From assembly GCA_963693365.1 (NCBI GenBank), contig CAVNZM010000008.1:5895728-5959727 (forward strand): DNA of 64,000 bases, in the 5' to 3' direction. The position numbers were made by a program, and so were the translations under genes. The notes under the pieces were generated by a model. It had not been told where the DNA came from. It searched no databases and saw only the letters and a program-made list of their open reading frames with translations. How positions within the stretch are numbered: position 1 is the stretch's first letter; every line of letters starts with the position of its first letter. The stretch is from Amoebidium appalachense. Lineage: Eukaryota; Protista; Ichthyosporea. Positions 53,960-64,000 of this stretch are shown here, piece by piece.

Positions 53960-54442
53960 TTATTTGGGCTTGTGCTTATGGCAATGGGTCGTAGATTTCA
54001 CCCTGTTTTTGCAGGGATTGCCAGCCTTGGTTTTGCCCTGGCAGTACCCATTTTCCCTGCCCACACCCACCGCTGCAGCTGCAACCGGTGGCTGTGGTGC
54101 ACTCATGGGTGGATCCGGAGTGGACACAGTCAGCGCGGGTACCCCGGTGCGCTCGGTGCGAGGGCGCTGCATTTCTGCGACTGTAAAGGCGGCCAGGAGG
54201 TCGTCCAGCAGGAGGTTTGCATGAGCATAGTCCCCGGCCTTGTGGGGGTGGAGGATGTTGATGGTGTTGTCGCTGTAGAGGAGGACACCGGTGGCAGGGG
54301 CAAAGCATACCCAGGGCTTGAAGCCGTCCTTGTGGTGTGGGCATGTTTTCTTTTTGTTTTTGCACTGGGCTTTTTTTGAGGGTGCAAATGCAGGGCATCG
54401 TTCGGGGTCAACCGAATCGGGGCGCAAAAGTGCGTCTCCCAT
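53960..54442 (-). CDS. Orphan ~160-aa protein with two C3H zinc-binding motifs
   Basis: RCPAFAPSKKAQCKNKKKTCPHH and YCQGKTKAGNPCKNRVKSTTHCHKH; ATG at 54442 assumed. Confidence 0.6.
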   Translation of the reverse strand: MGDALLRPDSVDPERCPAFAPSKKAQCKNKKKTCPHHKDGFKPWVCFAPATGVLLYSDNTINILHPHKAGDYAHANLLLDDLLAAFTVAEMQRPRTERTGVPALTVSTPDPPMSAPQPPVAAAAVGVGRENGYCQGKTKAGNPCKNRVKSTTHCHKHKPK

Positions 54443-54698
54443 TTCTAGTGTTTTGTTTTGGTGTGCACTGTTCTTGGATTGGGGTGAAGTGAGACAAAAA
54501 GTAAAAGCGAGTACTTTTTGTTGACTGGTTGATGGCATATCAATCAATCTCTTGGTGCCAAACCACTGACCAATCACATGGGTGTATTCACGAATTCCAA
54601 TCTAAATTCGGCATCTGGAGAGAGGGGTACTGGTAAAACACAAGAGCAACACGGCATCAAGAGTTTGTACCACAGGCAAGATCTCAGAGAGGTCACTT

Positions 54699-55019
54699 TT
54701 GGGGTGTAACACGTCGGATACTGAAAGTTTTGTGAGGTACACGTACATGTTCGACAGCACGGTCACCACAGGCATTCTTTATGTGATATCTATATGCAGT
54801 GTCGTTGCAAATATACACTGGTACAATTTAATGAAGTCCGAACCGAATGCTAGAGAGAAAGTGAACAAAATGTATCTGGTGTACGTCAGCGCTGCTATTG
54901 TCCTCACATGTTTATTGGTTACACCATTGATGTATGCAGTCATATACTATTTCAATAAGAAGACGGGTGCTGCGGAGTACGACACCGCTCTGAGACAAAC
55001 AAGTCACTCGGACTTTTAA
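54699..55019 (+). CDS. Small two-transmembrane protein; copy 2 of 529-849
   Basis: ESFVRYTYMFD...ILYVISICSVVANIHWYNLMKSEPNAREKVNKMYLVYVSAAIVLT...HSDF*; start uncertain. Confidence 0.55.
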   Translation: MGCNTSDTESFVRYTYMFDSTVTTGILYVISICSVVANIHWYNLMKSEPNAREKVNKMYLVYVSAAIVLTCLLVTPLMYAVIYYFNKKTGAAEYDTALRQTSHSDF

Positions 55020-55042
55020 TCCGATTGACGTGTCACCGCGCC

Positions 55043-55560
55043 AGCGCTGCATACAAAAAGACCCGAAGTGGAGTATACGACAAACCCAGCGCCAGCGCTT
55101 CATACCCAAAGTGGATACAATAAAAAGACAGTTGCTGTGTGTGCAAAGCTGTGTGTGCAAAAAGAGGGGAAATAAGCGCTGCATACAAAAAGACCCGAAG
55201 TGGAGTATACGACAAACCCAGCGCCAGCGCTTCATACCCAAAGTGGATACAATAAAAAGACAGTTGCTGTGTGTGCAAAGCTGTGTGTGCAAAAAGAGGG
55301 GAAATAAGCGCTGCATACAAAAAGACCCGAAGTGCAAACCCAGCGCCAGCGCTTCATACCCAAAGTGGATACAATAAAAAGACAGTTGCTGTGTGTGCAA
55401 AGCTGTGTGTGCAAAAAGAGGGGAAATAAGCGCTGCATACAAAAAGACCCGAAGTGGAGTATACGACAAACCCAGCGCCAGCGCTTCATACCCAAAGTGG
55501 ATACAATAAAAAGACAGTTGCTGTGTGTGCAAAGCTGTGTGTGCAAAAAGAGGGGAAATA
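55043..55560. repeat. 132-bp tandem repeat, ~4 copies (one with a 10-bp deletion)
   Basis: AGCGCTGCATACAAAAAGACCCGAAG at 55043, 55175, 55307 and 55429. Confidence 0.95.
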
Positions 55561-55564
55561 AATA

Positions 55565-55875
55565 CTTTAAACGTGCATGCAATATACATCGATAGACTTA
55601 TGAAAGCACACAAACTGTGTGCCACACGGGCATGCATGCATGGGGAGGGAGTGTGGGGTGGGGGGGAGGGGGGGGGGGGGGGGAGACTTTGAACGTGCAT
55701 GCAATAGACTTATGAAAGCACACAAACTGTGTGCCACACGGGCATGCATGCATCGATAGACTTATGAAAGCACACAAACTGTGTGCCACACGGGCATGCA
55801 TGCATCGATAGACTTATGAAAGCACACAAACTGTGTGCCACACGGGCATGCATGCATGGGGAGGGAGTGTGGGGT

Positions 55876-55914
<39 letters not shown>

Positions 55915-56001
55915 GACTTTGAACGTGCATGCAATAGACTTATGAAAGCACACAAACTGTGTGCCACACGGGCATGCATGCATGGGGAGGGAGTGTGGGG
56001 T

Positions 56002-56039
<38 letters not shown>

Positions 56040-56251
56040 GACTTTGAACGTGCATGCAATAGACTTATGAAAGCACACAAACTGTGTGCCACACGGGCAT
56101 GCATGCATGGGGAGGGAGTGTGGGGTGGGGGGGGAGGGGGGGGGGGTGGGGGGGGGGGGGGGGAGACTTTGAACGTGCATGCAATAGACTTATGAAAGCA
56201 CACAAACTGTGTGCCACACGGGCATGCATGCATGGGGAGGGAGTGTGGGGT

Positions 56252-56287
<36 letters not shown>

Positions 56288-56580
56288 GACTTTGAACGTG
56301 CATGCAATAGACTTATGAAAGCACACAAACTGTGTGCCACACGGGCATGCATGCATCGATAGACTTATGAAAGCACACAAACTGTGTGCCACACGGGCAT
56401 GCATGCATGGGGAGGGAGTGTGGGGTGGGGGGGGGGGGGGGAGGGGGGGGGGAGACTTTGAACGTGCATGCAATAGACTTATGAAAGCACACAAACTGTG
56501 TGCCACACGGGCATGCATGCACGGGGAGGGAGTGTGGGGAGGGGGGGGGGGGGGGGGAGACTTTGAACGTGCATGCAAGT
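55565..56580. repeat. Minisatellite with a constant ATAGACTTATGAAAGCACACAAACTGTGTGCCACACGGGCATGCATGCA block and variable poly(G)
   Basis: About 11 copies of the constant block in long (~110-125 bp) and short (52 bp) units. Confidence 0.93.
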
Positions 56581-56917
56581 GTGTACCAAAAGGGACCTGG
56601 ACTTCTTTGTATACAATCGATATTTAATCGGTTGAAAACAGCAAAACAAGACTTGTACATATATAATAACCACAAGATACTAAACCATCCAGAAGACTTG
56701 TACATATATAATAACCACAAGATACTAAACCATCCAGAACCAGAAAAAAAAGATGCCTACATGCTATCATAAGATGCTTGTTAACATAAATACAGAAACC
56801 GTAAGGTGCTACCAGTATCAACAGTCATATATTAAAATACATCAGCCAGCCCCTGTGGCCATACCCAGCCCCTGACACATACAACAAAATCAAAACACAC
56901 CCCTCACCACTCCCAAC

Positions 56918-58171
56918 CTAATCTTCATCGTTTTCATCACTGTCCCCGTGAATAACCTGTATATCTGAAACTTGCTTTGCTCGTGTCCTGCCACTGCGGG
57001 CAGGGGCTGGTTTCTGACTCGGTTTTTGTTTCTTTGCTCGACCACTTTCTTTCCCTTTCTTCCCCTCAACCTTCTCGCCCAAAGCCATCATGTCCTCCAA
57101 TTCCTCATCTAATGAGGTCTCAAATGACGTCTCTTCCTGGCGCCGTTTGTACACACCAATAGAATTATCTGACACCCCTCTCTTTGAACCCTGGGAATAT
57201 GCAGAGGGGTTCGACATCATGGAGGCCCCAAAAGTGTGGGATTGGGTGCTGGTAACGGTGGTGAGGGACGGATTGAAGGGGGGTACGGGCATGGAAAAAC
57301 CGGTTGGGGGGAGGGGGAGAATGGGCAGGGGGAGGTTGGGGGTTTTGGGCTGAGTGGTACCGGGCGGGGGGAGGGTGGGGATGGGATTTTGATTGGTCGT
57401 ACCAGGGGGGGGGGGGGGGGGGGCGAGACCGTGTTGGACGGTAATGTCGGGGAGGGGCTGGGGGTCATTCCAATCACGAAGTCTCTGTGTGCTCTCGTCG
57501 ATTGTTCTACGGTATGATTCCCTCATGGTCGCAATGTGTGACTGAAGCTTGGTAATCTCGGCCCGGTATCTTTCCCCTTCAGCCTGATGCTCCAGGATAT
57601 CGGCCACCTTTCCAACAAGCTGCCCTTCGAGGTCCCGATTCTTTGCCGATAACACCTGTTCCTTTGCATCTGCAAGGTGTTTTTGTTTGGCCGCCGCCGA
57701 TTTTAGCTCGGCAATTTCCCCCTTAAGGATTTGGATGTCGTGATCCTTCGTTTGTAATTCTTTCTCTGCGGCTTCCAGCTTCTCCTGCAATTCGGTGGTT
57801 GGGGTGGTGACAGCGGGTGCAGTGGCCGCAGTACCGACCTTTGCCAATGCAGAGGCAATGGCACTGTCTACTTTCGACTGCAACACAGTCTCCAAGTACT
57901 CTTCGATCATTTTTGGATCGACGGGAGCAGTGTCGCCGGAGTGTGTGGGGGGGGTGGATGGGGGGGACTTCCCCGCCGAAGTGCGGGGGGGGTTGGATGG
58001 GGGGGACTTCCCCGCCGAAGTGCGGGGGGGGTTGGATGGGGAGAGGACTTCGCCGCCGGAGTGTGGGGGGGAGTTGGATGGGGGGGGGGCTTGCGTTGTG
58101 ACGGGGTCGGCGGACTTGCTGATGTTGGTTTCGTATGACCCCGACCCGGGAGCTTGCTGGGAATAATCCAT
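56918..58171 (-). CDS. Orphan ~417-aa protein: Pro/Ser repeats, long coiled coil, Pro-rich linker, basic/acidic tail
   Basis: Intact ORF from MDYSQQAPG; heptad-like TELQEKLEAAEKELQTKDHDIQILKGEIAELK...; in-frame 39-bp repeats. Confidence 0.7.
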   Translation of the reverse strand: MDYSQQAPGSGSYETNISKSADPVTTQAPPPSNSPPHSGGEVLSPSNPPRTSAGKSPPSNPPRTSAGKSPPSTPPTHSGDTAPVDPKMIEEYLETVLQSKVDSAIASALAKVGTAATAPAVTTPTTELQEKLEAAEKELQTKDHDIQILKGEIAELKSAAAKQKHLADAKEQVLSAKNRDLEGQLVGKVADILEHQAEGERYRAEITKLQSHIATMRESYRRTIDESTQRLRDWNDPQPLPDITVQHGLAPPPPPPGTTNQNPIPTLPPPGTTQPKTPNLPLPILPLPPTGFSMPVPPFNPSLTTVTSTQSHTFGASMMSNPSAYSQGSKRGVSDNSIGVYKRRQEETSFETSLDEELEDMMALGEKVEGKKGKESGRAKKQKPSQKPAPARSGRTRAKQVSDIQVIHGDSDENDED

Positions 58172-58199
58172 CGTGACAGTTTTCACAAAAAAAAAGGAT

Positions 58200-58510
58200 A
58201 AACAAAGGGAAAAAAAGAAAGGAAGTCTTACGTTTCTCTGCGCAAACACAGTCGTGTGCAAACCCAGTCGTGAACAAGGGAAAAAGGAAAAAAAAAAAAC
58301 AAGGGAAAAAGGAAAAAAAAAGAAAGTGCTACGAATACGATTCTCTGTTGTGAACAAAGGAAAAAGTAAAAAAAAAAGAGTGTTACGTTTCTCTGCGCAA
58401 ACACAGTCCTGTGCAAACCCAGTCGTGAACAAGAGAAAAAGAAAAAAAAAGAGAGTGTTACGTTTCTCTAGGCAAACACCGTCGTGTGCAAACACAGCCA
58501 TGAACAAAAG
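58200..58510. repeat. Degenerate ~75-bp tandem repeat upstream of the 58171 ATG
   Basis: TTACGTTTCTCTGCGCAAACACAGTC..GTGCAAACCCAGTCGTGAACAAG recurs. Confidence 0.75.
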
Positions 58511-59635
58511 AATCAGAAAAGTAGAAAATGACAGCGCTGTGAACTGATATAAAAAAACCGCCATCAATAATTTATGTGAAGCCATTGCGCAAAATACGAT
58601 CTTATGTTACAAGAATCAAGCATAAGAAAAACAGAACCTTTTGGCGCTGTTAGTGAATATATCTCTAATCGTGTTTGGTTCACAGGTAAACTGTATAAAA
58701 AAGGTGAATATACGAAATAAAAATATAATATACAGGACAAAACGAGCGCTAGTTTAAAACATCGAAGGATATACGCTTTCACAACATCTTATTCGCGGAC
58801 CTTTTTACGTGCAAGCGTTTTGATGGTTCTTGCCCCACGTGATTCGCGGCGCTGATGCTCAGGGTATTCTGATTGACCGAAATCGAAGCATCGGATTCAA
58901 ATTGGGCAAATACAAAACGCTTTCCAACCAAAATCCCAAGCGCATGGTTGTTTATTTATAGAACCTTATATGTCATAAAACATACAACCCTCTTTTAGGA
59001 TTTCCCTTATTCCTTGCTCAGTCAAAACGCTCCAGGGTCGGTGCTGCTATCAGTCACTAAGTAATTTCATTGGCCAGTCATCACGTAAATGCGCCAGCCA
59101 ACAAAACCAATCGGTGATTGGTGAATAGTGGTTGGGTCAACGTGATCGAGCACTGGTACTCTAGGCAAGCGCTTATCGGCATTGGTACAATCTAGTTGGT
59201 CAATACACCGTGACTCAAGGCTGCAACGCTTTTCGAAGACCAGATTCACAGGACCCTTTCCAAACAAAATTCCAAGCAAATGTCTGTGTCCGCGTAAAGT
59301 ATAAATAAACATAAATAAATTATGCTTTTTTAATATTTATTGCCTATTAGAATAAATCACAATTGTTACTCGCAAAAGGGTCTTGGTTGGGCAGGCTGGC
59401 CTTGCTACCCAAACTATTATTAGCCGATCTCACTGATTAGCTTATTATCACGTACGCGCCAATCAGTGATTCCATTGGCCAAACTGAACAAAACATTAAT
59501 TGGCCAGTCATCAAAAACGTGATTTTCTTGCTTGCTTCAAGCTTTGCGAAATGAGAATATATGTTCAACACTCTCTTTGCGCTCTATATACAACGGAGAA
59601 ATTACAAGAGTCCATCTTGATTCCCGAACGAACAA

Positions 59636-59835
59636 ATATAACCAAGCGCACCACACCAGTTCGTGTTACTTTCGCCCGGCGCTGCTGTTGTATATGTTTC
59701 AAACATAACCAAGCGCGCCACACCAATTCGTGTCACTTTCGCCCAGCGCTGCTGTTGTGCATGTTTCAAACGTAATCAGGCGCACCACATCAGTTCGTGT
59801 CACTTTCGCCCAGCGCTGCTGTTGTACATGTTTCC
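59636..59835. repeat. ~67-bp tandem repeat x3
   Basis: GCGCACCACACCAGTTCGTGT.ACTTTCGCCC.GCGCTGCTGTTGT recurs three times. Confidence 0.85.
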
Positions 59836-60119
59836 ATTGTAATTACAAATAGGCTAGACGAAAACAACAAAGAAACTTGTTATAATAACCTGTGCACACC
59901 GCGCTATCAGTTGTCCCCTTTTTTAGCCAACACAGATACATAGAATGTCCTTCATGTTTCCCTGTGCGAGGCACATTTTAGGCTTATGCATACAATCGTA
60001 GATTGTTTGGGATACGAAAACAGAGCACACACACAAACGAGTTCTGCTAAACACAAACATTGTTAGACTGGACACAAAAAACATAGCGCGCGCATGCACG
60101 AGCTTTCCTAGGAACGATT

Positions 60120-60215
<96 letters not shown>

Positions 60216-60330
60216 AAGCACGAGCGCTACAACACGGTGGCACAAGCACACAGACAGAGCGCTCTCACAGACAGTCTTACAGGCAGAGGGTGCTCACAAT
60301 TACACACATCACAAAAACACACACAGCAAC

Positions 60331-62861
60331 ATGGCTGTTAACGGCGATATTCTGGCGCTCATCACTCGTGCATTCCCGAGCAGCATACCACTCGACCCAC
60401 CCACATTTAGGCTTTCGAACGACGTTGATCCGTCAGTTATATTTACCGGTAAAAGGCTACTCACACGTCAGAGTATTTATCGTCATCCTCAAAAAAAAAA
60501 ACTCGCACCGATCATATATTTGGTGATGCCAACGGGTTCAGAACATGTTTATGTTTTTTTGATTGAACTGGACGACGGACGTCCTAGTTGCAGGAAGAAC
60601 TACAACCTACACGAATTCGAAAACGACATGGGCATCCCGGAAGTTGTAGCCTGGATTCTCAGATGTGGTGGTCCTCGATGGAAGATTTATGATCTTCACA
60701 GCTATCATCCGTTTTCGAGTGAGGGTTGGGCGGTGAAGCTCGGTCGCATTTCTCTGTATCCTGGCAGTAAGGACTACAGTCGCATACCTGCCGTGGTGGG
60801 TACTTTGCCGGGGGAGTTCCAGATTTGTCGCATCTTCAAAAAGCACGGATGGAAAGTGTGGTGGGATGGGGCTGCACGTAGCCCCCCAGGCAGCCCCGCT
60901 TTCAAGCTACCTGCACCGACGAGTGACCGACCGAGAAAGCGGGCAAGAGTGGAGGGGGGAGAGGGAGGGGGTGGGGAGGGGGGAGAGGGGGAGGGAGAGG
61001 GAGAGGGTGGGCGTGGGGAGGGGGGGGAGAGGGGGAGGGGGAGGGAGAGGGTGGGCGTGGGGAGGGGGGAGAGGGGGAGGGGGAGGGGGAGGGAGAGGGT
61101 GGGGGTGGGGAGGGGGGAGAGGGGGAGGGGGAGGGAGAGGGAGAGGGTGGGGATGGGGGAGGAGAGGGAGGGGCAGAGGGGGCAGAGGGCTACCGCCACA
61201 CCCGCAACACATCTCCTTGGGATTTCAGGCCGGGTAACCCCCCCCCCCCCCAACACACAAGCCATTACACGTCTGCACGCATGCATGCACCTGGGCTATC
61301 CCCCCTCTCCCCGCACACACACGGAAGGGATCACACGTCTGCACGCACGCATGCACCTGGGCTATCCCCCCGCTCCCCCCCCTCCCCCCCCCCCCCCAAC
61401 ACACAAGCCATTGCACGTCTGCACGCATGCATGCACCTGGGCTATCCCCCCTCTCCCCGCACACACACGGAAGGGATCACACGTCTGCACGCATGCATGC
61501 ACCTGGGCTATCCCCCCTCTCCCCGCACACACACGGAAGGGATCACACGTCTGCACGCATGCATGCACCTGGGCTATCCCCCCTCTCCCCGCACACACAC
61601 GGAAGGGATCACACGTCTGCACGCACGCATGCACCTGGGCTATCCCCCCTCTCCCCGCACACACACGGAAGGGATCACACGTCTGCACGCACGCATGCAC
61701 CTGGGCTATCCCCCCTCTCCCCGCACACACACGGAAGGGATCACACGTCTGCACGCACGCATGCACCTGGGCTATCCCCCCTCTCCCCGCACACACACGG
61801 AAGGGATCACACGTCTGCACGCACGCATGCACCTGGGCTATCCCCCCTCTCCCCGCACACACACGGAAGGGATCACACGTCTGCACGCACGCATGCACCT
61901 GGGCTATCCCCCCGCTCCCCGCACACACACGGAAGGGATCACACGTCTGCACGCACGCATGCACCTGGGCTATCCCCCCGCTCCCCCCCCCTCCCCCCCC
62001 CCCCAACACACAAGCCATTGCACGTCTGCACGCATGCACCTGGGCTATCCCCCCGCTCCCCCCCCCCTCCCCCCCCCCCCAACACACAAGCCATTGCACG
62101 TCTGCACGCATGCATGCACCTGGGCACCTCGACTAGTCCCCGCCACACACAACCAACCACCACCACCACCACACACATACACAGAGAGAGAGAGAGAGCA
62201 CACACCTGCACACGTGCATCCACCTTGGCTAATCCTACCCCCCACCCCGACACACACGCACACGCACACCCGGCACAAACATGCACACACACCCGGCACA
62301 CACGTGCACACACGCATGGCACACACACACACACACACACAGAGCAAGAAGCGGAGGAGGCGGATAGGGGGCAACAGCAGGGGGCGGAGACAGGGGAGTC
62401 GGTGGGGTTCACCGAGGTACCCGTGAAACATCTCAGCCAACTGCAGTTAGAAAAGCTCTCATTTGAGACGATAGTTAGGGTAATGGAAAAACGACACGAG
62501 GTTCGGGCAGCTGGTGCCGTCAAGTTCATGCTTCCCGAACCGGTAGTGCAGGGGCTGGAAGAGGCTGCTTGGGCCACACCAGTGAGAAAATCCTACACCA
62601 AGATCTGTCTGGAGGCTACCGCCATCAAGGATGTCTTCCTCGTTTATAGGGACGACATCAAAGAGCAAATTCCAGAGGTGCGTATTTGCAACCATTAGGG
62701 TATGGTTACCGTGAACAGGAGCTAACACGATTGAGCAGGGGGACCCGTTGGATGAGGAGGAGTTCTGGGGGCAATTGGACTGTTTACCGGAAACTTACAG
62801 TAAAATGTTCTTTTACGGAACGGATCTGACACCTCTTAAAAACACCCATACACCCAGTGAG
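60331..62861 (+). CDS. Orphan multi-exon gene (candidate exons 60331-61233, ~62343-62677, 62739-62861; continues beyond window)
   Basis: A globular-looking N-terminal domain (MAVNGDILALITRAF...HGWKVWWDG) and RPRKRAR NLS. Intron 62678-62738 (GTGCGT..GCAG) joins EQIPE|GDPLDEEEFWGQL in frame, and a GTACGT donor lies at 62862. The phase of the first junction is uncertain. Confidence 0.6.
61250..62123. repeat. 59-bp minisatellite, ~13 units including variants
   Basis: CACACGTCTGCACGCA(T/C)GCATGCACCTGGGCTATCCCCCCTCTCCCCGCACACACACGGAAGGGAT. Confidence 0.95.
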
Positions 62862-62897
62862 GTACGTGTATGTCATGTGTGTGTATGTGCGTGTGTT

Positions 62898-64000
62898 TGT
62901 GCAGAGGGTGCATGTTGTGTAGGCATGGGTGTATTCGTGTGTGTGCAGCAGAGGGTGCATGTTGTGTAGGCATGGGTGTATTCGTGTGTGTGCAGCTGAG
63001 GGTGCATGTTGTGTAGGCATGGGTGTATTCGTGTGTGTGCAGCTGAGGGTGCATGTTGTGTAGGCATGGGTGTATTCGTGTGTGTGCAGCTGATGGTGCA
63101 TGTTGTGTAGGCATGGGTGTATTCGTGTGTGTGCAGCAGAGGGTGCATGTTGTGTAGCCATGGGTGTATTCGTGTGTGTGCAGCAGAGGGTGCATGTTGT
63201 GTAGGCATGGGTGTATTCGTGTGTGTGCAGCAGAGGGTGCATGTTGTGTAGGCATGGGTGTATTCGTGTGTGTGCAGCAGAGGGTGCATGTTGTGAAGGC
63301 ATGGGTGTATTCGTGTGTGTGCAGCAGAGGGTGCATGTTGTGTAGGCATGGGTGTATTCGTGTGTGTGCAGCAGAGGGTGCATGTTGTGAAGGCATGGGT
63401 GTATTCTGTAGGCATGGGTGTATTCGTGTGTGTGCAGCAGAGGGTGCATGTTGTGAAGGCATGGGTGTATTCGTGTGTGTGCAGCAGAGGGTGCATGTTG
63501 TGAAGGCATGGGTGTATTCTGTGGGCATGGGTGTATTCGTGTGTGTGCAGCAGAGGGTGCATGTTGTGAAGGCATGGGTGTATTCGTGTGTGTGCAGCAG
63601 AGGGTGCATGTTGTGAAGGCATGGGTGTATTCTGTGGGCATGGGTGTATTCGTGTGTGTGCAGCAGAGGGTGCATGTTGTGAAGGCATGGGTGTATTCTG
63701 TGGGCATGGGTGTATTCGTGTGTGTGCAGCAGAGGGTGCATGTTGTGAAGGCATGGGTGTATTCTGTAGGCATGGATGTATTCGTGTGTGTGCAGCAGAG
63801 GGTGCATGTTGTGCAGGCATGGGTGTATTCGTGTGTGTGCAGCAGAGGGTGCATGTTGTGTAGGCATGGGTGTATTCGTGTGTGTGCAGCAGAGGGTGCA
63901 TGTTGTGTAGGCATGGGTGTATTCGTGTGTGTGCAGCAGAGGGTGCATGTTGTATAGGCATGGGTGTATTCGTGTGTGTGCAGCAGAGGGTGCATGTTGT
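62898..64000. repeat. 47-bp minisatellite running off the window end
   Basis: GGCATGGGTGTATTCGTGTGTGTGCAGCAGAGGGTGCATGTTGTG(T/A)A repeated ~20 times with occasional 19-bp internal duplications. Confidence 0.95.

Larger units (their letters stand above)
51363..64000. mobile_element. Left-hand end of a second putative giant repeat-rich element (continues beyond window end)
   Basis: Starts CAGGAGTCATGGGGCGAG (shared terminus), followed by repeated CCGAAATAAC/CGAGCC motifs, the shared module at 53385-53620, many minisatellites and orphan genes. Confidence 0.6.

Noticed and set aside
55565-56580. CRISPR-like repeat-spacer appearance (also considered for the other arrays)
   Set aside because: The variable parts are poly(G) length variants, not unique spacers; there are no cas genes and the context is eukaryotic.

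Overview
Eukaryotic genomic DNA with GT-AG introns rich in poly(C)/poly(G) tracts and (CA)n microsatellites. A unicellular holozoan/ichthyosporean-like origin is plausible but is inference only. The central ~40 kb holds three spliced host genes reconstructed exon by exon with matching phases: IDI1 (+, 12957-16491), a Myc/Max/Mlx-type bHLH-ZIP factor (+, 17753-25506) and COQ2 (-, 42110-49855). It also holds a Ty3/Gypsy chromovirus (27575-36832, CTCCC target-site duplication) with only one LTR: its 5' end is an inverted copy of the LTR's U5 end followed by a self-priming-like site. A piggyBac-like DNA transposon with a non-TTAA 4-bp TSD is nested in its integrase-chromodomain linker. Both window edges (1-11510 and 51363-64000) appear to be the ends of two related giant elements. 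They are packed with minisatellite arrays and orphan genes and share an inverted 48-bp terminus, a conserved inverted-repeat module and a homologous small membrane-protein gene. The left one carries a ~455-bp loop-less palindrome at its end. No transposase or recombinase for these giant elements is visible in the window. Most long ORFs in the supplied track are artefacts of low-complexity repeats.
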